DNA of 63,802 nt, the filler included, from Octopus bimaculoides (taxonomy: Eukaryota): assembly GCF_001194135.2 (NCBI RefSeq). It is 4 parts of 4 records of this genome, joined end to end, with 100 filler letters (N's around TTAATTAATTAA, not from the genome) between each part and the next. Parts side by side here need not be neighbours in the genome. Positions count along the whole stretch, not along the records: positions 31,880 to 58,815 come from NC_068985.1; positions 58,916 to 60,856 come from NW_026404284.1; positions 60,957 to 63,802 come from NC_068981.1; 1 more part is not named here. One strand, 5' to 3'. Below, one piece after another: positions 50,175-63,754 of this stretch. The notes under the pieces were generated by a model. The model was given only the letters and a program-made list of their open reading frames with translations. It did no database searches and was not told the DNA's origin. The translations under genes and the position numbers were made by a program. Within the stretch, counting starts at the first letter, position 1, and every line of letters starts with the position of its first letter.

Positions 50175-50195
50175 GTCTTTGACGTTTCGAGCTAC
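50175..50195 (-). ncRNA. 3' half of a minimal hammerhead motif (5' half in the N gap)
   Basis: ..GUA-GCUC-GAAA-CG-UC-AAAGAC; same stem II arm as 54562. Confidence 0.35.
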
Positions 50196-51199
50196 NNNNN
50201 NNNNNNNNNNNNNNNNNNNNNNNNNNNNNNNNNNNNNNNNNNNNNNNNNNNNNNNNNNNNNNNNNNNNNNNNNNNNNNNNNNNNNNNNNNNNNNNNNNNN
50301 NNNNNNNNNNNNNNNNNNNNNNNNNNNNNNNNNNNNNNNNNNNNNNNNNNNNNNNNNNNNNNNNNNNNNNNNNNNNNNNNNNNNNNNNNNNNNNNNNNNN
50401 NNNNNNNNNNNNNNNNNNNNNNNNNNNNNNNNAACAGAAAGAATACGGAGACAAGGAGAAAAACACGGAGAAAAACAATTGAATAGTGTTCAGTCAACGG
50501 TCAATCATAATAATGGCCGATCATGACAATGGCTGACCGGAAGTTAGAAATTCTTATTTCAGGAGAGCTAAGAAAGGGGGAGATAACAAACGGTGATCGG
50601 GAACGAGGGGCTGTGTGTGGGAGGTAGAATGCTGGTGATCTTGACGTATGTAGTGTGAAAATGGGGAAGGGAGAAAGGGAGAAAGTAGTTGGTCAGTTGT
50701 AGTGTGTGCGTGGTGTGATGCGAGGGTATTGGTGTGGTGTGATGTGAGGGTGTTGGGAGGTGGGGAAGGCATGGGTGGAGTGTGGGGTAGAGGTAGATAT
50801 ATATATATATGTATGTATATATAAGGCAAGAACGATAAACAACGAGTTCGTTAGAGACAGAGAGGTTTTAATTCAGGTCACTAAAAAGGAGAGAGAGAGG
50901 TAGAGAGAGTGAAAGAGAGAGGAAGAGGAAGACGAAGTGGGAGAGAAGGAATGGGAGAGATAGAAAAAGCGAGAAAGGGAGAGAGAGAAGGAGAGGGAGA
51001 AAGAGGAGAGAAAGAAAGAGAGAAAGCGAGAGAGAAAGAGGAGAAAAGAGAGGGGAAAAAGGAAGATATGAAAAATAAGTGAGCTTATTCGCAATGCACA
51101 CATACATGCACACTCTCATACTAATATGATGTATTCACAAATAAATTCGTTCGTGTATTTTTTCCATTTACTTTAATCTTTACTTTCCACGAACATTTT

Positions 51200-51480
51200 T
51201 AAGAAACATGTTACGCTTTCCTTAACTGTCCACGAAGTTTTGCCAGCCATCCACTTGTGAATGCCTTAACAATAAAAAAAAAAATCACCAGGACTTGACT
51301 CGAAGAGTGCATCAAACCACGTTTCTTAGCTTCCATGATATTGTGGAACGAAACTCCTTGCAGATTGCTGGAGAACGACCGAAAAGAGCGATAATCTGAA
51401 GACGCTATATCAGGAGAATACGGTAAGTATGATGGAATTTCTCATCCGAGCTCCTGATTAAAATTTTTGGTTAAAATAGC
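51200..51480 (-). mobile_element. Degraded mariner transposase fragment; another probable 3' remnant at ~52780-52930
   Basis: LPYSPD motif on the minus strand at ~51410-51430. Confidence 0.4.
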
Positions 51481-52171
51481 CACGTGCAAGATGATTTTCG
51501 TTTCCTGATTCTCCTTGAATATGAGAAAAAGCTTCTATACTAAATTTTCACTTTAAACAAGTCTTGGCTAGCAGCTTGTTATCATAGGGAGATGCTTCAA
51601 AGTTTTCATATCCGAAGAAAAGATAAGACACTCTTGCTTATACCTGCCAACAGGTAAGCAACTGCGTGCTATTTACATATTTAAACATGAGAGCTGAGTT
51701 GTTATACTAGTATAGATCACAAGTAATAAGGTGTTCAGATAAATGCTTTACAGCTGTTTCAAAATTAGATGGGCAGATGGTGCATTTCCCTGCAAATGAT
51801 CGGCAGCCAACATTACAGTTGCCATCTATTCCATTATTGGAGGACTAATCTGCACTCCTTTTACCTTCCTTTCCCCTTTGATCAATACTCCCATTACAAT
51901 TCATCCCTCATGCTTAAATATATAGTTAACATTCACTGCCCTGATACTAGCTATTCTCCTGTTTATACTTTTCTTCTGTTATAATCGTCCTTGCTCAGCC
52001 GAAACACTGCCTTTAGCCAATCGTCAGTTGGGCAGCTAGAACATTCCTGCTTTTAGTTGTAGTTCAAGTTGGAGTTTTGGGCAGCAAGTCAAACTGAGCA
52101 CTAATTGTATGTACGTAGTCTCTTACGTCATCAGATCTAATATTACCTGAATTATGCATATGTATGCGTGT

Positions 52172-52202
<31 letters not shown>

Positions 52203-53143
52203 GTGGTGGGTGAGTGTGTGTGTACATGCGAATATCGATATATCACTTTATTCCTAAAGGCTGTATGCGTATTTATATTCATGTAGCAACTTTAGCTAGT
52301 AACTTCTTAGTTGTTGAATATATTCATAAACGAAAGAGGTCGCACTAATTTAATTATTTTTTTCCCTGAATCCCTGCTGAATAAAGGAGATAATTTTAAA
52401 TAGAAAATGAATACCAGAGAATGGGAAAAGTAGATACGAAACAGGATAAATTTAATGTATGTTAATCTACCAATTAGTTGTAATTTAATTTGAAGGATTA
52501 TTCAGCTAGTAGAATGTCATTAGAATGTTGGAGAGAATATCTTTCGGTATTTCTTTTGACCATATTTCATCTGAATTCAATTACAATCGATGGCAACTTT
52601 GCCTTGCATACTCTCGGAGTTAATAAAAAAAAAAAAGCTCCAATGCAAGGCGATATATTTGTGGAATTTGTAAGAATTTTGAAATAGATAGCTTGTTTTT
52701 CTTCAAGCTCTGTATGTTCTGAGTCCAAATTCCATAGTGACCTACTTGTGAAGTAGACATTACTTGTGGCTCTGTTTCGCGTAACCTTCATACATATTGG
52801 GTACGTTTCGCGGAGTACACTTTATTGCAAACATTCGAGATAATCTTCGCTCTGATAATAACTTCTTTCTTTTCTCCCACCACAGAAGCCTTGTAAAAGG
52901 GGTCTTGAGCAAAACTTTCATATCTGTCTTAAAGAAAAACAACAAAAAAAAAAAACAGAAACAAATTCAAATGATAAAAATTCAACTTAATACACGCGGG
53001 TCCTCTTTTGTTTCTATTACCTTTATTCCAATCATACACTCACTCTCTCACACACCTACCTACATGCATACACACATAAACACACGCACATACACACATA
53101 CATCCATATCTATATTGAGGTGTAAATATATAGATACATACAA

Positions 53144-53223
<80 letters not shown>

Positions 53224-53559
53224 GTCTATATGCATGTGAATGTATGTGGACAGAGAGAAGTAGAGGATGATGCAAATGTAGAAGTGTCTTGTATTCTATG
53301 TTACTTTATATGACAGGCAATGAGAAGTCTTGCCAATATAATACAATATTAATAGGCAGCACACGTTATTGAGAAGTAGTAAAACTACGGTATGGCAAGG
53401 TTTCAATATATACATATTTTTATATGCATACGAGAATACATATATGTATACAGAACAAATATACGCCATACATGCACACATGCATATGTTTCTCTCTTTC
53501 GCACGCCCCTATTTATTTGTATGTATGCGTGCGCCTGTGTGGGTATGTGTATGAGCGTG

Positions 53560-53604
<45 letters not shown>

Positions 53605-53846
53605 ACACATATATATAATTATATATATACATAGACCACTATACATACACATATATGAATGCATTTACCCATATAAGTTTACACATACATACATACGTAC
53701 ATACATACGTAGGTATTTATAAATGCATATATATTTGCGCATATTTTTTATATCTATGCGTGTATATATGTGTGTATATACGTATGTATATATTTTCAAG
53801 CATACATGCGCATAAATACCTTAGTCAAACGTGCACAAATAAATGC

Positions 53847-53886
<40 letters not shown>

Positions 53887-53987
53887 NNNNNNNNNNNNTA
53901 TATATATATATATACATATATATACATATATACATATATGTATACATATATACACATATACATATATATAAATATACATACAAACAT

Positions 53988-54037
<50 letters not shown>

Positions 54038-54357
54038 ACGTACGTACTCATATGAACTCTTCCAAAGCGTGCATGCACATACGTATCAACACATACAACA
54101 ATTACACGATCATATATGCAACTCCACTGCACATACTCACAAGCACGTATATGTATAAAAATTTGGGTGTGTACTTTAAGGTGAAAATATGCTGTATTTC
54201 GCTATCCTTTATTCATGAGGTAGAATGGGATAAACTAAAAGATATGTTTTCGGTCTTCACATGTTTTTTTAAATCTCTATGCACATCAAGATCTATCTAT
54301 CTATCCATCTATCTATGTATCTATCTATGTATCTATCTATGTATGTATCTATGTATG

Positions 54358-54434
<77 letters not shown>

Positions 54435-54440
54435 GTGAGC

Positions 54441-54477
<37 letters not shown>

Positions 54478-54556
54478 AGTATGTGTATGTGGGTTAACCG
54501 CACGTGGATTGTTGGCGATTTTTCCTTATTTTTCCTTATTTCTCTTTGAATTTGTC

Positions 54557-54590
54557 TGTTTCCGACGAAGAGCTATGCTCGAAACATTAG
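54557..54590 (+). ncRNA. Hammerhead-like motif with CCGACGA core inside a dispersed repeat (54490-54690)
   Basis: UGUUU-CCGACGA-A-GAGC(UAU)GCUC-GAAA-CA-UU-AG; weak stem I. Confidence 0.4.
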
Positions 54591-54804
54591 CAACAACTCT
54601 CTCCCTCGACCCAGCGTCAAATTAATATATTCCTTGTGCGTGTCCTTACGTTCGTCTTTTCTTTTTATCCCTGTTATTTAATTGTTCTTTTATTTGAATT
54701 GACCACACACACACACACACACAACACACATACACACATACGCACACACATATATATATATATATACTTCTATCCTTTATTGTCTTGTTCTTTTCATAGA
54801 GAGA

Positions 54805-54995
54805 GTGTCGAGCTGGCAGAACCGTTAAAACGCTGCGCAAATGGCAAATGATTAGTGGCATTTCGTCCGTCTTTACGTTCTGAGTTTGAAATCCGCTAGG
54901 GTAACATCCTTCGGTGTCGCTAAAATAAGTACCCAACAAGTGTAATTGACTTCTCCTTCTCTTCAAAAGCTATTGACTCTATTCGAAATTTTGAA
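54805..54995 (+). mobile_element. SINE family A, diverged
   Basis: gagctggcagaaccgtta..ttagtggcatttcgtccgtctttacgttctgagttt. Confidence 0.8.
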
Positions 54996-56208
54996 ACGCT
55001 TGTTTTGTTCTTTTATTTCAGTCATTGGATTGCAGACATGACCTAAATCGGGTCCACTACTTATCTTTTGTGTCAGGTACTTATTGCATTGTTTTTCTTT
55101 TATTGCCCAACGGCTAAGTAACGCGGATGTAAACAAACGGAGAAATACAAAACAACAAGACTCGCTCATTTATACATATATACATACATACATATGTCTA
55201 TATGTCTATATGTATATATATATATATATATNNNNNNNNNNNNNNNNNNNNNNNNNNNNNNNNNNNNNNNNNNNNNNNNNNNNNNNNNNNNNNNNNNNNN
55301 NNNNNNNNNNNNNNNNNNNNNNNNNNNNNNNNNNNNNNNNNNNNNNNNNNNNNNNNNNNNNNNNNNNNNNNNNNNNNNNNNNNNNNNNNNNNNNNNNNNN
55401 NNNNNNNNNNNNNNNNNNNNNNNNNNNNNNNNNNNNNNNNNNNNNNNNNNNNNNNNNNNNNNNNNNNNNNNNNNNNNNNNNNNNNNNNNNNNNNNNNNNN
55501 NNNNNNNNNNNNNNNNNNNNNNNNNNNNNNNNNNNNNNNNNNNNNNNNNNNNNNNNNNNNNNNNNNNNNNNNNNNNNNNNNNNNNNNNNNNNNNNNNNNN
55601 NNNNNNNNNNNNNNNNNNNNNNNNNNNNNNNNNNNNNNNNNNNNNNNNNNNNNNNNNNNNNNNNNNNNNNNNNNNNNNNNNNNNNNNNNNNNNNNNNNNN
55701 NNNNNNNNNNNNNNNNNNNNNNNNNNNNNNNNNNNNNNNNNNNNNNNNNNNNNNNNNNNNNNNNNNNNNNNNNNNNNNNNNNNNNNNNNNNNNNNNNNNN
55801 NNNNNNNNNNNNNNNNNNNNNNNNNNNNNNNNNNNNNNNNNNNNNNNNNNNNNNNNNNNNNNNNNNNNNNNNNNNNNNNNNNNNNNNNNNNNNNNNNNNN
55901 NNNNNNNNNNNNNNNNNNNNNNNNNNNNNNNNNNNNNNNNNNNNNNNNNNNNNNNNNNNNNNNNNNNNNNNNNNNNNNNNNNNNNNNNNNNNNNNNNNNN
56001 NNNNNNNNNNNNNNNNNNNNNNNNNNNNNNNNNNNNNNNNNNNNNNNNNNNNNNNNNNNNNNNAGCTAATCATTAGGCTGCGAATACCTTAAAGAAGTTT
56101 ATATTGCCGCACAGAATTTATGTCTGTCTCCATCTGTCTGCCTGTGTCTCCCACTCCACTCTTTCTCTCTTTCTCTCTTTCTCTCTCTCCCCTCTCTCTC
56201 TCTTTCTA

Positions 56209-56241
<33 letters not shown>

Positions 56242-56544
56242 TAATAGCGAGAGAAACAGTGTTAAAGCCAAAAGCAATCTTTATCTGCAACTTAATTTGG
56301 ATGTCGTGTTACAACACAGAGTACTGCGTTATTCACCTGGAAGGTGGGGGGTATCTCATATGCACTTAGAGTGATAAAAGCATTTGAGGTTATATCGTTG
56401 ACAAACGGGAAACGCCTGCTACAGCCGCTGCACTATCAGATCATATTATTTTGCCCTTCTTGGGCTCTTCAGTGGCAGACGTCCGATGGAGACATAACAC
56501 TCGAATCTCCTTGTCAATTGTATACGAAATTTCAGTGTCTATTC

Positions 56545-56577
<33 letters not shown>

Positions 56578-57244
56578 TTTGTGTGTGTGTGTATGTTTAT
56601 GCTTGTGTGTGTGTTATGTGCATGTGCGTGGCCTCCTGGTTGGGCTGTTGTGTGTACGATTGCAAGGTCATGGGTTCGATTCCTGTGCCTTGTGATCTGT
56701 TGTGTCTATGAGCAAAGCACTTCATTTCATACTGCTTAAATTTACTCAACCACGTCTTCTTGCTAGTTCAAGAACAGGACNNNNNNNNNNNNNNNNNNNN
56801 NNNNNNNNNNNNNNNNNNNNNNNNNNNNNNNNNNNNNNNNNNNNNNNNNNNNNNNNNNNNNNNNNNNNNNNNNNNNNNNNNNNNNNNNNNNNNNNNNNNN
56901 NNNNNNNNNAATGTCTGCAGCAGAGGAGTTTAAATAAGGAAAACTCCCTTACTACATATTATTACGGAATTCGGCGGATTCTCTTATTTGTATGGCTAAA
57001 CCCTTGGTGTTGGCAAGAATGAAAAGGAACATAAAATCTGATGGCCTGGAAAACACCACTCTGGAAATGAAAAGCGGAAGCTAGGCGTCGTGAAAAGCAC
57101 ATTAGAGGACCTTGGACGGACGCGGAATAAATGGATACGTTGGAAAAACTACAAAGTGTGATATTATAACTAAAGAGGAGGAAGATGAGCGTGCAATGAA
57201 GACAAGTTTATATAGTTAATGTTTCGTGGGTACCTAGTGAAGGT

Positions 57245-57530
57245 ACATGGATCAGTGGTTAGAGCCTCAGGATAACATTCACTAGGTAGTGAGTTCGATT
57301 CCCGGTGTGTGTTGTGTCCTTGAGCAAGACGCTTTATTTCACATTGCTCCAGTTCGCTCAGCTGTAGAAATGAGTTGCCTTTCTCTTGGATAACATCGGT
57401 GGCGTAGAGAAGGGTGGCTGGTATGCACGAGCGACTGCTGGTCTTCCACAAACAAGCTTGTCCGTACCTTGGTGGGTAACTTTCTAGGTGCAATCGCATG
57501 GTCATTGGTGACCGAAGTGGGAGCTTTACT
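57245..57530 (+). mobile_element. tRNA-headed SINE (family B head, alternative 3' body); head-only copy at ~56630-56745
   Basis: TGGATCAGTGG A-box-like, GAGTTCGATTCC B box, gtgtccttgagcaagac body. Confidence 0.8.
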
Positions 57531-58924
57531 CTTCATGGATACCTCGAGGAAGAGCTGAGTAAAGGATGCTTTTGTGGTGCATGTTGTGAAAATGGAACCA
57601 ACGAGGCTGAAATTCCTCTAGAGTTGATGCACGTTGGGTTTTCTTCCTCAAACGATATTACGTGGTAGAGCTAAAGTGACACCGCTATAGTCATCGAGGC
57701 AAAAGTTATGCACTACTGTGGCATGTTCTGACAGCACGCAACTCATGCCTTGTGGAGTATGCCTGCTGGCATAAGCTAGACTCGAGCATTTTTGCCTATG
57801 AAGAAAAATAACAACAAACCAGCCTTAATGTAATAAAATCAACACCCAGTTGCATCCTGTGTTTATTTTTCCGCAACAGGGGTGATAAAGGACAAGAGAG
57901 GGGTGTAAATGAAGAAAAACAGACACCCAGACTTCTGCACGCTACTAATGACTGGAAGGTGCCGCTGGATTTAAGATAAAATTAATTGCATTTGTTTTCC
58001 GAAAGCGATATCCCCAATTAGAAGCAACGCCCTAAATTTAATTTAAAATGTCCTTATTCTAGAATTAGTGATGTTTACGGAAGACAATATTGAGTGAATT
58101 GATACAAAAAAAAAGCGCTTAAAATATAAAGTACTTAAAGAATCATATAAGTTACAATGATGTCAGTAAACTGAGCATCCAGTAGAAGGGAGATGTAATA
58201 TAGTTGTAGTTACATCCAATATGTTTTACTTGGATGGCTTTGAACATAAAAAGGACAGCGGCACAGTGTTACGTGAGCTTGGCGGAGATGTAGAGATGTA
58301 GAAATTACTTTAAACAGTAGACGTAGAAGTTCTCATAGGGGTATCATGATGAGAACTTTTGTTAATAAATAATAACAACACAATCTATACCCAAATTATT
58401 TCTTCATTGATATAATTACGCATTGATTTCCCCAACTAAGTTTACATCAAATAAAGCTCGTTAATTTTATTGATATTCTATTGCATAGCCTTTAGTTTCT
58501 AAATTATGACCCCTGTGATATGGATCATCCCATTAACCACACACTATAACATTTTACCCTTGCTATAATCCCCCATTAATTTGAAATAAGGTGTAGTCTC
58601 GCAACCTCTGGATATTATCTTGGAATTTACCTCTTTACTATTTCTTACTATTTTTTACTACTTTATTATTTTATTTTACATTTTCACATGTTTGATTCTT
58701 ACCATTATGGACTCCATGATGAAACTTTGGGACTCAATTATTGTCCAATTTCTGTCCAACTTTTGTTCAACCTTTGTACAATCTTTATATAATATATGTA
58801 TAATATTGATATGATNNNNNNNNNNNNNNNNNNNNNNNNNNNNNNNNNNNNNNNNNNNNTTAATTAATTAANNNNNNNNNNNNNNNNNNNNNNNNNNNNN
58901 NNNNNNNNNNNNNNNTCTCATTCT

Positions 58925-59070
58925 ATACAGTATCCCTCCTGATGGGTTGGAGCCCCTGGCTGTTAATCAGAAGATATGGAGGCCCATGTGTGATGCTGGA
59001 GTGAAGCACTTTGAATCCAAATGCAGGAGACTGTATGAAGAAAGGAGATGACCTCATCATCAGCCCTATG
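58925..59070 (+). mobile_element. RTE-like LINE ORF C-terminal fragment
   Basis: IPPDGLEPLAVNQKIWRPMCDAGVKHFESKCRRLYEERR resembles the RTE C-terminal A.DR..WR..V..FE..R pattern (recall). Confidence 0.5.
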
Positions 59071-59319
59071 TGGCTATTGTTCNNNNNNNNNNNNNNNNNN
59101 NNNNNNNNNNNTATGAAGAAAGGAGATGACCTCATCATCAGCCCTATGTGGCTATTGTTCTAGGTTCCCTTCAGTGCTATTATGACCTTCCTATATTGTA
59201 TTGGTCTTCTTGGACACGTCCACTCTCATAAGAAAGAAGATGCTGGAGGCAGAGGGAGATGAATGTTTTGGATTGAAACTCTCATCACCTTTTATGGGCT
59301 GTCGTAAGCAGGAAGCAAG

Positions 59320-60470
59320 CATGTTATATGGTACTATTATATTACATAATAATATCATATATTATATTTCACAACATTATTATATTACATAACATGATTG
59401 TATTATGCTATATTATGTTACAGCATTATATTTTATAACATTATTTTATGTTATATAACAATGTGATATTTCATGACACATTTTATTACATTATATAACA
59501 TTATTATATTATCTTATATTATATTATATAGCATTATTATTATATTGCATAACATTATGATATCATATGACTAAATATTAATTTATAATATGATGCTATA
59601 ATATTATACAACATTATTATATTATACATTATTATATTACACCACATTGTTATATTCTATACCATTATTTTATTATGTCGTATGTGTTATACAGTATCAT
59701 TATATCAAAGCTCATTATTACATTTTATTATATAAGAATATTTCATTTATACAACTTTATTATATTATATAATATTATTATATTATATGGCATGATAACA
59801 GTATAGAACATTATTATATAACTTTATTTATTTAGACTGGCCTTCGTAGGATTTTCGAGCGAGATCGTTGCCAGTGCCCCTGGNNNNNNNNNNNNNNNNN
59901 NNNNNNNNNNNNNNNNNNNNNNNNNNNNNNNNNNNNNNNNNNNNNNNNNNNNNNNNNNNNNNNNNNNNNNNNNNNNNNNNNNNNNNNNNNNNNNNNNNNN
60001 NNNNNNNNNNNNNNNNNNNNNNNNNNNNNNNNNNNNNNNNNNNNNNNNNNNNNNNNNNNNNNNNNNNNNNNNNNNNNNNNNNNNNNNNNNNNNNNNNNNN
60101 NNNNNNNNNNNNNNNNCCCATGCTAGCATGGAAAGCAGATGTTAAACGACAATGATGATGATGATGGTAGTATTATATATAACATTTTATATAACATTAT
60201 TACATTCTTTTGTATAACATTATTTTATTAAGTATGGTTGTTATGTTATATAACATTATTATGATATATAACATGAACTTATAAAGCATATTAGGTAACA
60301 TTATATAACAGTATTATATTATAAGTATTGTTATACTACATAACATTTTCATATTACATAACGATTTTGCATTACATAACATAATATTGAATAACATTAT
60401 TATATTATATAACGTTATATAACATTATATTATATAACGGTGCATAACATTGTATTATGTGTCATTCTTA
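59320..60470. repeat. Degenerate TATTA/TATAACAT AT-rich minisatellite, interrupted by a retroposon with (GAT)n tail (59835-60165; reverse tail at 60810-60856)
   Basis: ccatgctagcatggaaagc.ga.gttaaacga..gatgatgat occurs at both loci. Confidence 0.7.
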
Positions 60471-61429
60471 TATTCCTAGCATGTCTGTGTCATCAAACAT
60501 GTCGCAAGTTTTATTAATGATAGGAAATATTGCATGAACCCAATGCGAGAAAGCTTTCATAGGTGTCAGCAATTGTGTAAATGTATGTACATACATAGAA
60601 TTGAAGCATTTGAACAATCAGATACANNNNNNNNNNAGAATTGAAGCATTTGAACAATCAGATACATTGTTCAAAATATCATCAACCATGTAAATATATA
60701 TACAGGGTATCCACAAAGTCTGGGTACATGGGGATTAACACATNNNNNNNNNNACAAAGTCTGGGTACATGGGGATTAACACATACTTTAAGAAATTATT
60801 ATATTAGCACATCATCATCATCATCATCATCATCGTTTAACGTCCGCTTTCCATGCNNNNNNNNNNNNNNNNNNNNNNNNNNNNNNNNNNNNNNNNNNNN
60901 TTAATTAATTAANNNNNNNNNNNNNNNNNNNNNNNNNNNNNNNNNNNNNNNNNNNNATATATATCCTTTGCATTAAAAATAGTATCAGCACGTATGGCTG
61001 GGCAAAATGCGATCTGCTAATTGTGTGGGAGTGTTTGGTTTCGAAAGAATTATTGATTCTATCAATGCGTATACTTTTATGGGTTTTAGTAAAATGTGTG
61101 AGGCCTGGTTTTCTGGGAACTGTCTCAGTATATCGAATTCAATGTTTATTTCATCGAATGCTACGTATTTTTTCGTAATGTCTCTATCAATAAGTGTTAC
61201 ACTTCATAAAGACGTCTGACCAGTCTAATTTACAAAAGCTTTAGTTTTTGTTGTTGGTGGTGGTTGGGTAATAGTTTGCTCCTAGTTGACATTAAGTGCG
61301 GAAGTATCGAAATATACATAAAATATAGAAAACAAAGTTGTAGAACAATCAACATATTTCTTGACATATTGAAAATCTATTGTAGACTTTTGCATTATAC
61401 TTTCTGAAAGTGTTTGTCTCTACATATGT

Positions 61430-61650
61430 TATTATTTTCAAATTTTGGCACAAGGCCAGCAAGTTTGAGGGAAGGTGTAAGTCGATTACATCGACCCCCA
61501 GTACTCAACTGTTACTTATTTTATTGACCCCGGAAGATTGATAGTTAAAGTCAAACTTAGTGGAATGTGAACTCAGAACGTAAAAACGGACGAAATGCCA
61601 CTAAGCATTTTGCCTGGTGCGGTAACGATTTTGTTAGCTCGTTGCCTCCC
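61430..61650 (-). mobile_element. SINE family A
   Basis: Full tail-core-B box-head. Confidence 0.85.
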
Positions 61651-62424
61651 TTTTTAAAGTGTGCGGCAGCAGTATTTAAAACTAGACATCGGAGAGCCGA
61701 TACAAATGTCTCTCCGAAGCTGCCGCCATTACATATGTTATTAAAATTATCATAATTTGGGTAGAGGTTTGGCTGAACTGTTAGGAGTGTTTTCAAAATT
61801 CTGTTGCAGTGATTTTCCCCCTCTTTTTATGTTCCGAGGTCAAATTGTACAGAGGTCAACTTGGCTTTTTATCCTCTTATAATCGATGAAATAAAGTGTC
61901 AGCCAGTGGTAGTGGTAGTGGTGGTGGGTGATCAAGTGTAGTCAGTTAATCTTCGCCATTGAAAATGCTTACTTTGCGACTAAATCAGAAACAATATTAT
62001 ATTAATTGTTGCAGGTGTCTTTGTTGGAGCGGACATATTCATTTCCCTCTCCTAGTATTTGTTTTTTTCTTTTATTACTTACTTTTTTTCAAGTAAAAAG
62101 AAACACTTTTTAATGTTTCATTTGGTGAAACCTAAGACGTATTTGTGCATCCAACTCGTTTACCCCGGAGTAGAAAATATACACTTTTTCTTAGTATTGT
62201 AGGTTAAAATAACTGTAAACTTTTACTTTATTCACAGTTCAGTATGGATTCTTGAACTGGAGTCATGGGAAGAGTTAACAGCCACAATAATGATAGCCGT
62301 AACGTAAACCTACCTGCCAGTTACGAACCAATGAAAAAATATTGTAAAACAGCCAAAACTACTGCAATATCCTTGTTTAAGCAGTGTTATGGTTTTAAAG
62401 TTTCAATATGGGCGTCTTCTATAG

Positions 62425-63187
62425 TCCGGTCTGATCAAAGACTGACAAAAAGGAAATACTTTGAACAAGGACAATTTCCAAAAGTCCTTGACCTGGCAAT
62501 GTTAGAGGTGCCTTGCCCGTTTGGGATAAGCTCGCAAGACATGGTAAGCGTCAGTTTCCGACCTATCCAAGATGCGGGGAGGCAGGGAAACCGTCCCTCA
62601 CGCTATTGTCCAGTGTCCGAAGATATCTGAAATGTAGGTTTATGCTGAACACCTGTTGTCCGGCAAAGGAAGAGTACGGCTGTCGACTGAGTCAATTATA
62701 AAAATTGACCCACCGGAATTTTTAACACACGAAGATAAGAATTGTTTTCTCACGGTTGTAGCAATAGCGAAAGAGGCTGTATGGAAGACTAGGATAAAAG
62801 GGATTAAGACAGGCAACTTTATCTCCGGCCACGATTTACGATCATTTTTTACTTTTCATTTGAAAAGGAAGGTGTGGCTGCAGAAGAGGTGTTCAAAAAG
62901 AGATGGAAGCATGTTGCACGAGTGTTGTGCGTGCAAGGAACCGTGTGAATAGGCTATGAAAGAAGAACAAAAAAGGATACCAGCGATAGATGGGGCTTGT
63001 GGAGTCGGAGCGTGGTCTGATCATCGCTACATTTGTGCTGTCTCTGTTTTGTTAATTTCATTCGATTTTTTATATTTTATATAATTTTTATATTCATATT
63101 TTATGTAAAATCATAGCGTATTACTGATCCTAATCAGTTGTCTTGTCCATTTCTGTGTTTGGCCCCCCTGTGGGCAATAAAGAAATT
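62425..63187 (+). pseudogene. Tx1/L1-like LINE 3' end with 3' UTR and AATAAA
   Basis: NFQKSLTWQC, GALPVWDKLARHG, FLTVVAIAKEAVWKTRIKG..FFTFHLKRKV; AATAAA at 63176-63181. Confidence 0.85.
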
Positions 63188-63355
63188 GGTATTTCGTCTG
63201 TCTTTACGTTCTAAGTTCAAATTCCGTCAAGGTCGACTTTGCCTTTCGTCCTTTCGGGATCGACAAATTAAGTACCAGCTGCGTACTTGTGTCGATCTAA
63301 TCGACTGGCCCCCTTCCCAAAAATTTCGGGCCTTGTGCCCAGAGTAAAAAAGAAT
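63188..63355 (+). mobile_element. Headless SINE family A fused to the Tx1 3' end
   Basis: Starts ggtatttcgtctgtc; tail ctaatcgactggcccc..gggccttgtgcc.agagta shared with the 6936 copy. Confidence 0.9.
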
Positions 63356-63405
63356 ATCCAAGATTTTTCTTTCTCTGCACACACACACACATACTTACAT
63401 ATACG

Positions 63406-63699
63406 TTGTTATATTTCGGCACGGTCATTTTTTTCTTGCCAAATAAACACATGCACTATATATTCGTTCTTCACTCGTTTATTATTGTTCTCATTTTATC
63501 TTATCTCCATCTTCTGGAAATCTTTCGTCAGGGCACATGGATGGAGGACTCGCTAAAGAGGTCATAGATGAGTGACGAAAGATTTACAGAAAACTGATAT
63601 AAGATAAAATAAGAACAATAATAAACAAGTGGTCTACGAATATATAGAGCGTGTGTTTATTTGGCAAGAAAAAAAGATGACCATCCAGAAATATAACAA
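63406..63699. mobile_element. Foldback/MITE-like element with ~62-bp imperfect TIRs
   Basis: 63406-63467 vs 63636-63699 are reverse complements with scattered mismatches. Confidence 0.75.
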
Positions 63700-63754
63700 T
63701 ATCTGTTTCAACACGATTTCACATTAGAAATCTTGAAAAACAAATTCATAAACG

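Noticed and set aside
55084-56092. Long ORFs of 290-330 aa (also 893-1418, 2265-3112, 36174-36706, 39908-40518)
   Set aside because: Open only because they run through N gaps.
61000-61300. Minus-strand SKPNTPTQLADRI, reminiscent of a Penelope RT segment
   Set aside because: Too degenerate to support by eye; needs a profile search.
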